Part shown: positions 28,130 through 40,246 of the stretch, piece after piece
Layout: every line of letters starts with the position of its first letter
Numbering within the stretch: position 1 is the first letter of the stretch
NCBI GenBank assembly: GCA_973895155.1
Contig: OZ316891.1
Coordinates: 15,531,037 to 15,595,036 of the forward strand
Direction: 5' to 3'
Length of the DNA stretch: 64,000 nt
Source: Marsupella aquatica
Taxonomy: Eukaryota; Plantae; Marchantiophyta
Position numbers and translations under genes: made by a program
The notes under the pieces: model-generated
Told to the model about the DNA's origin: nothing
Seen by the model: only the letters and a program-made list of their open reading frames with translations
Databases searched by the model: none

Positions 28130-28150
28130 AATATATATATATATATATAT
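28130..28150. repeat. (AT)n microsatellite
   Basis: Seen directly. Confidence 0.9.
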
Positions 28151-29415
28151 GTATGTATTGGAGAATATTCTATAAAGTTGATTTTAGAATGCATTCTTTT
28201 ATCTCCTACACTTTTAAATTGTTAGCTAATTTCCGTCCAAACTACCTACTTTGGATTGCAGTGGGTCAGACTGCAAATTTTGGTAGTTGCCGCCCCCCCC
28301 CCCCCCGGAGGTCATAGTATGTCACCTCTGACTGGCCGCCCTCACTGGTCACTGCACACAACTCAAGGGGATGGGTTAACTCACATCGTCAACCTCCAAC
28401 CAAGGAGCCACATGCCCACCAACAGAAATTATATTCGCCTCTAAATTCAAAGACTAGGTGTACATAGATGAGGAATATCATGAGGGTCACAAGGTGGACA
28501 CTAGGTAGATGCCCAAAATTGTGCAGCCTTAGCCCTTCTACTGAGCTTGTAGTATAACAATGTAGATATTGGGCACAAAGAGGTGATGATGACTGAAAAC
28601 AGTGACAACCTGGGCAAACATTAGATGCAAAGGACTCTACAGTAAATCTTGTCAAATATCTAGTGTAGTATGTACCCAGAAAGTTCCAGTACAAGGCATA
28701 AAGTCACAGATATCTTGGTATCAAGCCCGATTGGCTCACATAAGTTGTATTTACATCAGAATCTCTTGAGTTTGGGTGAGCACTTTCTCAAATAGGAAAC
28801 TCTTGTAAATGTAAACTCCCCATCGTATTATTAAGATAGTTCATTGGATCAATAGGATACTAGTGTGGTAGATATATTCTCGTGGATACTTTTTAATCAC
28901 AAAAGAGTATTGAAGAGCCCCTCATCTATGTGGATTTCTGGAATACCATTGCCTTCCACGTCGATGGGCATGATATATATTGTGTTTTGCACAGTCATTT
29001 AAGTGTGCACCTGATATTTCTTCATAGGGTTGGACCATTCTTTTGCAGCCCAAAGGAACATACTTGGGTCAAAATACTCCCATGACTCTAAGGTCTAATC
29101 CCTGCAATTGTCCATTATTTTCCCCAATCCACAGTTTGACAAAAGCCATTAGAGCATCTCCAACGGTTGCGAGGTTGGATACGCTAACGCGGTTTTGACC
29201 AAACCCCATAAGAGGGAGGGAAAAAACCAAGTCCAACAGGATGCTGCTAATGCTATCGCGCATCGCGCAAACAGGGTTTCACGTTGCGGAAATGTTAAAT
29301 TGTAAATTGTGCCTCGCATAGTGCATTGATTGTATAATTTTTGGTCTCGACGGGGTTTATCCAGATTACAATCAGACGATCGTGGAGTGGGCGTGCTCCG
29401 TTCGGAAGGAGGCCT

Positions 29416-30615
29416 ATGCACGAAAGTCTCCAAATGCAAATTGATGAAGCGTTTCCCACCTTGACTTGAGATTCCACTCTACAACATTGGAAATGAGGAT
29501 AGCAGAGACACATTTTCCAAGCGTGCGTTCTGAAACTTGAAGTGTTGATTGGGTGATTGGGTAGGTTTCCTGTGCTCCCCCTGGCAATCTTGCAGGTGTC
29601 TCCCAACATGGCTCCAATAAATGTGTCTGCCAAAGCCAAGGGCAAGAAACAGGCCAATTTCTCGAACATTGAGATTGAGCAGATTGAGCAGTCATGGCTT
29701 GCGTGCAGCAATTGGTCAACTGTGGGAGCCCAATAGAAGCCTGATGTGTACTGGACAAAGATTGAGGCCCATTTCACAAAAGCAATGTCTGAATTCAGGA
29801 GGAAGTACCCAGGTGTTGTCAAGAACATCCCAAGGTCAATTCGCTCATTGGGATCCAAATGGAGTGAGATCAACCCTGACTGTGCCAAGTTCACTAGAGC
29901 TATGTCAACAATCATTGAGCTAAATGAGCCTGGCACAACCAAAGAGGAGCAAATGGAGAAGGCCAAGGCACTTCACCAGCAAACACACAAGAAGGGCCTG
30001 GAGTTCACTACGGATGGCGCCTGGAAAATCCTGAAGGATTCTCCAAAGTGGCAGGTTGCAACACAATCGACAAGCATCTCAAGCCAGCCTCCAAGGCAGC
30101 GGAATAAGGTCAAGAATTCCCGAGATGCAGAGAGTGAAGGTATCGATGTGGCTGATGACGATAGCCCTACAAAAGAGAGTGCTACACTTGAGATGGTTAC
30201 CGATCGTCCAATTGGTAACAAAAAAGCTAAAGAGTTGGTTGCATTGGAGAGAAAGGCAATGAAGAACAAGAGTTCATTGGTTGAATCAACGTCAACAATC
30301 GCAGCTGCATTAAATCAGAGAGCTTGAGCCATGGAGGATGTGTATGAAATCCAATTGTTTTCAGTGAACATGGGAAACCTCAATGAGCAGGCACAAAATT
30401 TCTTGAGGAAGAAGAGGGAGGTGGTCAAGTTGCAGGTCATGAAGCAACTTAAATCAGTGGAACCCTTGAGGAAGGAATCTATGTCCTTCACCAGGACAAT
30501 GCCCGACCAAGAGAATGTGCCACCAAATTTCACACTCAAAGTGGGTAGTACCAATGGATTCCATGGTGATGAAGGGGAGGACGGGGACGAAGATGGCAAA
30601 GATGGCGATCCCTAA
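29416..30615 (+). pseudogene. Harbinger Myb/SANT-like (NAM-associated) DNA-binding ORF with internal stops
   Basis: KQANFSNIEIEQIEQSW...YWTKIEAHF...RSIRSLGSKWSEINPDCAKF...AWKILKDSPKW...RPIGNKKAK. In-frame stops at ~29733 and ~30325. Start position is approximate. Confidence 0.85.
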
Positions 30616-31133
30616 ACCCACCACCCTAAACCCTAAACTCATCCATACCAAGATGTTACCAATTTATACAGCTTCATGTAGATTTTCATTCAATGAAATA
30701 GCAAGCAATGACAAGGCACTCAATAATATGTAACTCATACCTGGGGCAATTTTGATAATTGTGTTAGCAATACAGGCGACAATACTCCACCATATTTGTA
30801 TTGCAATGTGAATGTATCCACATTTGGTCCTATTTGTGAATGATTTTCAAGAACCACAATGTGTCTACCTGCCGCCAAGTGTTTGCAGCCATGAATGTCT
30901 AATCAAAATTGTGTCTATATGCACTGCAAAACTTAGTACATGGATCCTTATTGGGCGTATGTGCCGAGTGTTGTATGTTCCGATTCCTAACGCAAAAGTG
31001 GTGCTGCACACAAACGCTTCACTAGAGTGGGCCTATCTGCCAAACATTTCCATGTACTACCAATCCCTAGAGAACTCAAAAAGTGGCCACTCCTTGTTGC
31101 ACATTGGGCGTTGTATGTCAGTCCTCACGGAGA

Positions 31134-31475
31134 TGTTAGATATTGCTCGTCTTGTGACTCATGAGCTAACTATAGTTAAGCTAACTCGGGTTAGGACTTA
31201 GCTAATGTTAGCGGTAGTGCTGTTGTGCATATAGCCAGGGCTGATGCCAGACCCTGGTGGAACAAAGGCTCATTGTTACGGAGCTAGTTGAGAGATAGGG
31301 AGAGCTTGTGCTGTGGATGTTTGGTATGGCCGGTCGGCCTAGAGTGCAGTAAAGCTCTTGTGTGTTCCCGTGGACGTAGCCTCATGTGGAGGTGAACCAC
31401 GTATCTCTCTGTGTCGACTATTGTGCGTTGGATGGTTCATGGGCTTGACATTACGAATGTCGTCTATGCTCAACA
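31134..31475 (+). repeat. 5' LTR
   Basis: Differs from the 3' LTR by about 5 substitutions and one 2-bp indel (by eye). Confidence 0.95.
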
Positions 31476-33042
31476 AGTGGTATCAGAGCATGCCTGGGAG
31501 GTGACGAGGTTTTTTCGTGACAGGTTTTTTCCAGCGTTCATTGTCGATGGTACATTCAGAGTTTCGTCGCATGAAACTTGAATGTGTGTGGCTGTGCAGA
31601 TAGGTTAGTGAGAGGGCTTTCTAACGGTGGTTAGAACTCGCTGATCGGTATCCGTGGTGCAGAGGAATCGAAGTTTGTGTTGTTCAGGTTTTATTCGTGT
31701 TCGACGGTTTTTCGGGGGAGAGACCAGAGTTTGTGTTTTCAACAGTGTGAGCTGTGCAGTGCGGGAGGCGTCGCATGTTGTAGCTCAAGTTGAAGGTTGA
31801 AACAAGCTGATCGTTTTGGTAGTTGATTTGTTACCGAGTTGTTACCGAGTGCGACGTGACGAGTGACGGAGGCGTTCAGGTTTTTTTCACAAGCTATGGA
31901 GCTTGTTCTCATCTGAACCGGGTTTCTCTTTGTGACGTCTGACTCGGTGGAAGAAACGCGAAGTGCTACGGCTCAACGGTTTGATCGCGGCGAAGCGGTC
32001 GTTTTGAGTCCGAGATTGGCACTTGACGCGGAGTGAGTGTGATGCAGCGAATTTTTTTTTCTCTGCTGGAGCTGTAGACTGTGCTGGTGCAATTCGGCAA
32101 CATTTCCCGTCGGCGGCGTTCATTTTACTCGTGAGAAGCAGCGACGTTCAAGGTGTGTAAACGGCTTTTTTGTTTTAAAGTCAAATCTTGGCTTTGGTTA
32201 GGGCCACTTTTAGTGTGTATACACACCCTCCCGGCCCTTGGTCCCCCATCGTTTCCCCTTGTACGCCCGACCCCCCCCCGCACCTTGTTTTCCCCTCATC
32301 CTTCAGCCGCGGCGACGAGCTGCGCAACACTGGCCGGCGCTTTTTGCGTGCTCGTATGCCCTCCGCCATACTGTGTCGGTCGCTACCGCGGCACCGCCCT
32401 GTCATCGTATGCCCAGCCCTCTGCGGCTCTACGTCGCTTGTACGCGGCTGTACCCTCGTCCCGCCCCGATGCCGACCATACGCCCTTCGTACCCCCGGCC
32501 CTTTACGGGGTATTTTAGGCTTTAAGGGGCTTAAGCACCCCCTTTAGTACCCATTTTTAGCCTTTTTTCCCTCTCATTAGTTTGTCCCATGTGCCGGGAC
32601 CTGCCGCCATCCGTTTTAATCACTTGGACAGGGGGAACTGCCCCCTGTGAGACCTGCTGTACTGTGCGGGAATATTCCCGAAAAACAGAAAGCTGTTTTT
32701 CGGCCGTCCGACAAAGATTCCGTCCGCCAAACGATAACTTTTTTGGTTCTTTTTCGGTGAGGACGTTACCACTGGAGTTAGCAACGCGGCGCACCGATCA
32801 CATCGCGATTCCGACGATGGGTTGTACTGGGTATTTTGGTTATTCTCTGAGGTGGTCAAAACGGGGGAGTTTCCCAAGGTTTTACCCACCCCAACCAAAA
32901 TTTGAATAACTTTTCCGTCGAATTTTGATTTTGATTTTGGCTTTTAGTATTGGACTCCTAGCTTCGTGGGCTACGCGGCGGTGTTGAGTTTTGAGTTTTA
33001 TGAGAAGTTTCAAAAAATGACGTTTTTTCGTGATTGTTTCAT

Positions 33043-36000
33043 ATGAGTGACTCGGAGGATACTGGAAGAATTGGCGTCGGTGGAGCTTCAAGATGGCGAT
33101 GGTCAGACGGAGAGTCTGAGGAGGAGCTGCTACCGTTTGAGGAAGAACTAGTGATACCGGTACGATCACCGGTGCGGCGTGCAGTGGAGGAAGCTGTGTT
33201 ACTACCAGAGCTGTCGGTAGTAGGGAAGAAGAGGGAGAAGGCTAGATTCGGAGGAGTAAAGTTTGAGGTGGAGAAGTACGATGGTCGTACTGACTACTTG
33301 CTGGAGAAGCAAGTGAAGGGTGTTCTATGGGCCATGGGCTTAGCTCATCTGCTCTCTTCGCGAGAGCAGTATGATGGAGAGGAGGAGATTTCTTTGAGAC
33401 AGTGGAGACAGGAGCAGGTGATTGCTGTCAATGCAGTGATGCTATATCTCAAGCCACACATCATCAAGCAGCTGGATGATTATGCGGATTGCACGTCACT
33501 ATTCAAGGCTCTAGGAGAGAAGTACTATCGGGAAGACGCGTCAGACCGGCTGTACAAGAAGTCTCTCTTGATGAGCCTTAGGCTCAAGGAAGGGAGCAAG
33601 ATGCAGGATCACCTGGATGAATTTGACAGTCTAGCGGTGGATCTGTCAAACCTGGGAAAAGGAGTTGAAGATGAGGATAAGGCCTTGCTTCTGCTAAGCT
33701 CCTTACCGCCGTCTTATCAGGGCTTGAAACAGGTGCTCTTGTACAGAGATCTGAAGTCCATTTTGTATAATGAGGTGGTGAGCTCATTATTGTCTGATGG
33801 TGCTCAGAAGAAGCTAGGTCAATCACAGACAGCATCTTCTTCTGGCACTGCGCTCAATGTGAAAGGGGAAGAGCAGCACAGCGCACGAATGGGCAGAACA
33901 GGTTTAGATCTACATCACGGGGGAGATCTAAATCCAGAGGGAAATCGCAAGAGAGGAAGCCTCTTGCATATTGGAATTGTGGCAAGCCTGGCCACATAAA
34001 AATGGATTGTCGAGTAAAGGTCCCTACTGCCTCTGCTAATGCGGCATCGAGCTCGCATGAGGTAGATTTACTCGATGATGATGACATATTGTGATGTCAA
34101 AGTTATGCTCTCAACGTAGTGTCAAATCCAGGTAAAGATGATTGGATTCTAGATAGTGCATGTACTTTTCACATTTGCTCTAGAAGAGATTATTTCAGTT
34201 CTTACACGGTTTCCAACGGGTCAGTGTTGATGGGAAATGGAATCCCATGTCAAGTTGTTGGACTTGGATCTGTAAGATTTCAGATGTTTGATGGTGTTAT
34301 GAGAACATTGAGGAATGTGATACATATTCCCAGCATGATGAAAAATCTCATTTCACTTGGAGTTTTACAAGCAAATGACCATCAGTGGAGCTCTGCTAAT
34401 GGTGTCCTTCAGGTTTCAACTGGTACTAAAGTTGTATTGAAGGGAAAGAGACATAGCAATCTATACGTTTTGGAGGGCAGTGTAGTCTGTGATGAAGCCA
34501 ATGTAACCTTATCTCATGAGGAGGCGGCCCGGCTGTGGCACTTCCGTTTGGGTCACATGAGTGAAAAAGGTTTGGTTATTCTTCAGAAGAAAGGATTACT
34601 TTCTAATTTGAAATCTTGTAAGTTGGAATTTTGTGAGCACTGTGTGCTAGGGAAGCAGCACAGGAAACCCTTCGGAGTTGGAACTCACACCAGCAAGGAG
34701 GTACTTGAGTATGTACATAGTGATGTGTGGGGTCCAGCCCCTACTCCCTCACATTCTGGACGGTTATACTATGTCACGTTCATAGACGATTACTCAAGGT
34801 ATGTGTGGATATACTTTCTACACAATAAGTCTGATGTTTTTGCCACTTTTAAGGAGTGGAAAGCCCAAGTAGAGAATCAGACTGGTAATAAGGTGAGATA
34901 TCTTCGATCGGATAACGGCGGTGAATACAGTTCCGGGGAATTTGGAACGTATTGTAAGGAGCAGGGGATTACCCGCCATCTCACAACAAGTTATACTCCT
35001 CAGCAGAATGGTGTTTCTGAGAGACTCAACCGAACACTATTGGACCGCTCGAGGAGTATGTTGAGTCAATCATGCTTACCACATGAGTTTTGGGCTGAAG
35101 CTGTCAACACTGCAGCTTATTTTGGTAAATTTATCTTCATCCAGTTCTATTGGATTCAAGACGCCATTTGAAATGAGGTACGGGCGTCCAGCAGATTACT
35201 CACATCTGAGGATTTTTGGATGTGATGCTTATGTGCTTACACCTTCCCAGCTTCGATCCAAGCTGGAGTCCAAGTCGAAGAAGTGCATTTTCCTTGGCTA
35301 TCAGAAAGGTGTTAAGGGTTATAGGTTATGGGATCCAGTAACCTGTAAACTAATTGTCAGTAGAGATGTGTCCTTTAATGAATCCAGATCATCAAAGGAG
35401 GGGGAGAGTTCTCAGGACTCCCATACTGACAAGGGGAAATCTCCCATCCCGGACCGGGTTGAGGGGGAGATTAGTCATGATGCAGTTCATGACACGAGAG
35501 ATGGAGAAGCTTCGGGCTTGGAGCTGGTTCCTGTGATGGAACAAGAAGAGCAGATTGTTGCTGGGGTACCTCAAATTCAACCAGCAGCAACAGCAGATCA
35601 GCCTAAGTCATCTACTAGAAGAACTTCCAGTCGTTTTACTAGAGCTCCTACCAGGTATGGTCAATGGGCAGACTCATCTAAGCTAGATGATATTGACATT
35701 GCACCTGATGAAGATGATATGGCTTTGATCTTGGAAGAAGGAGAGCCTTCTTTGTATAGTGAGGCTTGTGCTTCAGAGCAGAAGCATGAGTGGAATGCAG
35801 CAATGCAGAGGGAGTTGCAATCTTTGAGTGACAACAAGACATGGGAGCTGGTAGAGCTTCCAAGAGGTCAGCAAGTGGTGGACAGTAAGTGGATTTACAA
35901 GTTGAAGGACAGTCCTTCAGAGGGTGGAGATAAGATCTACAAGGCATGGCTTGTTGCCAAGGGATTCACTCAGGAGAAAGGAGTGGATTACAATGAGGTC

Positions 36001-37314
36001 TTTTCACCGGTAGCTAAGTATTCCACAATTCGGATCTTGTGTCAGCTTGTTGTGTTTTTTGGTCTGGTGATGGATCAGATGGATGTTGTTACTGCTTTTC
36101 TCTATGGCAACTTGGAAGAGATGATCTTCATGAGACAACCACTAGGCTTTATGAAGAAGGGCCAAGAGAACTTAGTTTGCAGATTGCTCAAGTCTTTGTA
36201 TGGATTGAAGCAGTCTCCCAGACAATGGAACAAGCGGTTTGATGATTTCATGCTTGCTCAAGGTTTTACAAGGATGGTGTATGATCCTTGTGTGTATACG
36301 AAATCAGTCAAGAATGATGTATTCGGTTTCATCATTCTGGTGATCTATGTGGATGACATGCTGATTGTGGCTAAAGATCAATCTGAGGTTGACAGTCTCA
36401 AGGCGAAACTGAGTGCTGAATTCAGGATGAAGGATCTTGGTAAGGCCAAGAGGATCTTAGGGATGGATATTTTTAGGAACTCTGAGACTGGATAGTTGTG
36501 CTTGAGTCAAGGCCAGTATGCGAGGAAAATACTTGCACGATTCAACATGGAGAACTGTAAGCCAGTGAGTATTCCTTTAGCTTCACATTTCAAGTTATCA
36601 TCGGCTTTCTCTCCTACGGATGTTGTGGAGAAAGGTCTGATGGCTAAGATTCCTTATGAGAAGGCAGTAGGCAGTCTGATGTATTTGATGACTTGTACTA
36701 GGCCTGACTTGGCCCTAGCGATGGGCAAGGTTAGCAAATTCATGTCAAATCCAGGGAAGGTACATTGGGAAGCTGTGAAGTGGATTCTCAGGTATCTGAA
36801 GGGTATACAGGACTATGGATTACTATTTGATAACAGATCAGATAGAACATTAGTTGGCTATGTAGATTCTGACTATGGAGGCTATCTGGATACAAGGAGG
36901 TCTACAACTGGGTTTGTTTACACTCTTGGAGGAGGATGGATCAGTTGGAAATCTACCTTGCAGAAGTGCATATCTCAGTCTACTACAGAAGCAGAGTATG
37001 TTGCAGCAGCAGAAGCAGCAAAGGAAGCAATTTGGGTTGATAAGTTGATCGCGGAGATGGGTTTAGAGCATGGAAAAATGACTCTAAACTGTGATAGTCA
37101 GAGTGCTCTTCACTTGGCTACTAACCAGGTGATGGATAGCAGGGTGAAGCACATTGATATCAGGTACCATTTTATCAGGCAAGCAGTGTCTGATAAAACT
37201 TTTGAGCTAGTCAAGATTGATGGAAAGCTCAATCCCGCTGATGCCTTTACCAAAGTGATTCCTTTGGAGAGTTTCTCAAGACATCGTGCTACTTTGCAGG
37301 TTTTGCAGTTGTAG
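33043..37314 (+). pseudogene. Copia gag-pol (gag, zinc knuckle, protease, integrase, RT, RNase H), disrupted
   Basis: WNCGKPGHIKMDC knuckle, WILDSA protease, HFRLGH/CEHC and HSDVWGP/RSDNGGEY integrase, YVDDML RT, and RNase H ending KHIDIRYHF. Frameshifts at ~33880-33950 and ~35120, and in-frame stops at ~34091 and 36493. Confidence 0.93.
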
Positions 37315-37510
37315 TGCAAGTAGAGTTATTTAGCAATGTGTGACTATTTGTATATGGATTACTCATTCCTGTTAGGCTATGGCTTAGTTCTAGTTAACCC
37401 TTGTGGTTTTTAGGGGGAGACCTGGTTTGGTGATTGTCTAGAACTTCCCGCTGAGGATTCCATATGGTAGCATTTAGTCCAGTCCCCAAGACAAGAATCA
37501 AGGGGGAGTT

Positions 37511-37854
37511 TGTTAGATATTGCTCTAGTCTTGTGACTCATGAGCTAACTATAGTTAAGCTAACTCGGGTTAGGACTTAGCTAATGTTAGCGGTAGTGCT
37601 GTTGTGCATATAGCCAGGGCTGATGCCAGACCCTGGTGGAACAAAGGCTCATTGTTACGGAGCTAGTTGAGAAATAGGGAGAGCTTGTGCTGTGGATGCT
37701 TGGTATGGCCGGTCGGCCTAGAGTGCAGTAAAGCTCTTGTGTGTTCCCGTGGACGTAGCCTCATGTGGAGGTGAACCACGTATCTCTCTGTGTCGACTAT
37801 TGTGCGTTGGATGGTTCATGGGCTTGCCGTTACGAATGTTGTCTATGCTCAACA
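37511..37854 (+). repeat. 3' LTR
   Basis: Direct repeat of 31134-31475, followed by TSD GGAGA. Confidence 0.95.
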
Positions 37855-38916
37855 GGAGATGGCCACTCCCATCTATAGCCACTTGAATCTAGTTGCCCAG
37901 CCTCCGAGTCAAAAGAGAAGTTGGAAGGGTTGTCCCTCCATTCCTTCTCTCTCCCGAGCCTTGTTCTCTTGCTCAAATCTGGCAATAGCTCGGGCCTTCC
38001 TTCAAGCCTTGAACTTTGGTCTTGGGACGTACAATTGGGAAGTAGTATTCCTCCTGCAATGGTTGGGCTACCTCTGTTGTAACCTGTGGTGATAGTACCG
38101 GGGTCGGAGTCGTTAGAGTTCTTTGCAATGCGCTAACAATGGGTGCCCCTATGGGAACTGCCGACCAACCGTGGAATGAGCTGCCCTCCCCCACATGCTG
38201 TGAAGATGGTGTGGGAGCAGGAGCAATGTCTTTGGAATTGCTTGACAACTGAGTCACATCTGCAGCACATGATATTGACACATTCTTGCCATGTTTATTG
38301 CTCACAACCTTTGGACTTGCCATAGTGCAGGAAATGGGAGACATAGGCCAAACAGCTTGGCTAAAGGAAATGGAGACTGTGAAGACATAGAATCAAAGAA
38401 ATGGTGATGCACCAGCTCACCTCACTCAACTTTAAGATTCAACATTGTGTATCAAACCTCAGTAGGATGGCCACCCACATTGGGATGGGCATAGAGTGCA
38501 CGGTGTCCAAGGCATGAAACTTCGTGTGCCCAAATGGTGAAATTGTGTGAAGACATCCATACCAAAACTATGTACCATTGAACGTATTGTGAGTGTACTA
38601 GACATTGTACACCCGCGAGTTGCAATTAATTATCTAGTTACCTTTCACCATCGCTTGTGCGAGTCCAATGGGCTAGCACATGTGATAGGGAAGGAGAAGG
38701 GGAAGATTCGAGCTTTCATTCCATGGGGTATGAATGTAGGTTTTAGTTTTGTACACGATGGTTTGCACCTGCAAATGAATGATTGTGCACAAGTGGCATT
38801 GAATTGAGTTTTGAAAATCAGTATACATTGCTCAAACAGAGCTTTTTGTGGAAAACAAAATGATATCCTATCCAACAACTCCTTCAAGCAATTTTGTCCA
38901 ACAATCCAACACTACA

Positions 38917-40246
38917 TCACTCCTTGTCTTCTTCACCTCTAATTTGCCACAAATGTTCAACCAGATCCTCCCTCAGCTGATGAGCTCTTTCAAGGTTGGC
39001 AATCAATTCCACATTGTGAGTCAGCCCTACAAATGTCACTAGAGGTCGTGCCCTATGCTGCCATTGAGCATCATTCCTCTCAAACAAATAATCTTGTGTC
39101 AACTTGAGTTTGTCAGCCTCATCCTCAATGATCATGTTGTTTAGAATGACTGTTGCTTTCCATATCAATTGCATCTGATCTCGGCTCCACCATCATGCAG
39201 GGTTCTTGACCATTGCAAACTGGGCTTGTAGCACACCAAAGCATCTTTCTACATCCTTCCGCACTGACTTTTGTCGCTTGGCATACCATTTCTTCTTGGC
39301 CCCTTGAGGATCAGTAACAGTTTTCATGAAGATGGTGTAGTCAAGGTAGATGCCATCACCCCAGAAGATAAAACATTTTGTACTCATGGCCATTCACAAA
39401 AAATGTAACATTTGGAGCTACTCCATTCAACAAGTTGACCAAGAGAGTAGATCTATCAATGACACTGATGTCATTATTAGATCTAGGAATTCCTTCAAAA
39501 GCATGCCATACCCAGAGGTCAGAAGTTGCAATTGCTTCAAGGACAATTGAATTTAAACCATCCTTATCTCGAAATTGGCCTTGCTCTCCCACTGGGCAGT
39601 TCTTCCATGTCCAGTGAGTGCAGTCCAGGGACCCAAACATTCCTGGAAAGCCTCACTTTCGATTGATCTCCATGTGCCTTTGTACATCCTCCTCTATAAG
39701 ATGCCGAAGGTACTCCTCTCCAAAGCAATTCACAATTGCTTCCACAAAATGTTTAAAGGCAGATATGGCAGTAGACTCTCCAATCCTGACATATTCATCC
39801 ACTGCATCCCCTACCACACCATAGCACATCATCCGCAAAGCTGCTATCATTTTTTGGATGTTGGTCAGGCCTGGTTTCCCAACAGCATCAGTCCTTAGTT
39901 TGCACGAAGAAATGATCTTCCTGGAGAATCTTATTGTGAATGCGGATAAAAAGTTGCCTTCTCATCCAAAACCTCCTCCTGAACAAGTGAGGTGGAAATG
40001 CTACAAACTACAAGAAGTAGTCTCCCCAAATTTGATTATGGCCTGCAACATGATCACAAAATATGTTTGGGGAGCGTCCAATCGTCGAACCTCCATGTGT
40101 TTGATTCAAGACATCAAAGATCTCCTCCTGCATGTCACTTTCAGTTCTTCAAGCAGTTGGGTGATATGATCGGCAAGGACATCCTCAATGTGATCATCAG
40201 ACAATGCCCGATTAGCTGTCCATTGTTCAAATTGAGCACGTCCCAT
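38917..40246 (-). pseudogene. PIF/Harbinger DDE transposase, frameshifted
   Basis: DYF...FRRRFWMRR, AALRMMCYG, GSLDCTHWTWKNCP, GDGIY and RKDVERCFGVLQ are spread over several frames. Confidence 0.92.

Larger units (their letters stand above)
31134..37854 (+). mobile_element. Full-length Ty1/Copia LTR retrotransposon
   Basis: LTRs 31134-31475 and 37511-37854 (TG...CA), TSD GGAGA, PBS TGGTATCAGAGC (tRNA-iMet) at 31478, PPT aagggggag before 37511. Domain order gag-PR-INT-RT-RH. Confidence 0.97.

Noticed and set aside
28440-29148. Decayed coding-like sequence flanking the Harbinger (continues at ~40906-41250)
   Set aside because: Multiple stops and no identifiable family motif.
29295-29966. 223-aa minus-strand ORF
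   Set aside because: Antisense shadow of the Harbinger Myb ORF.
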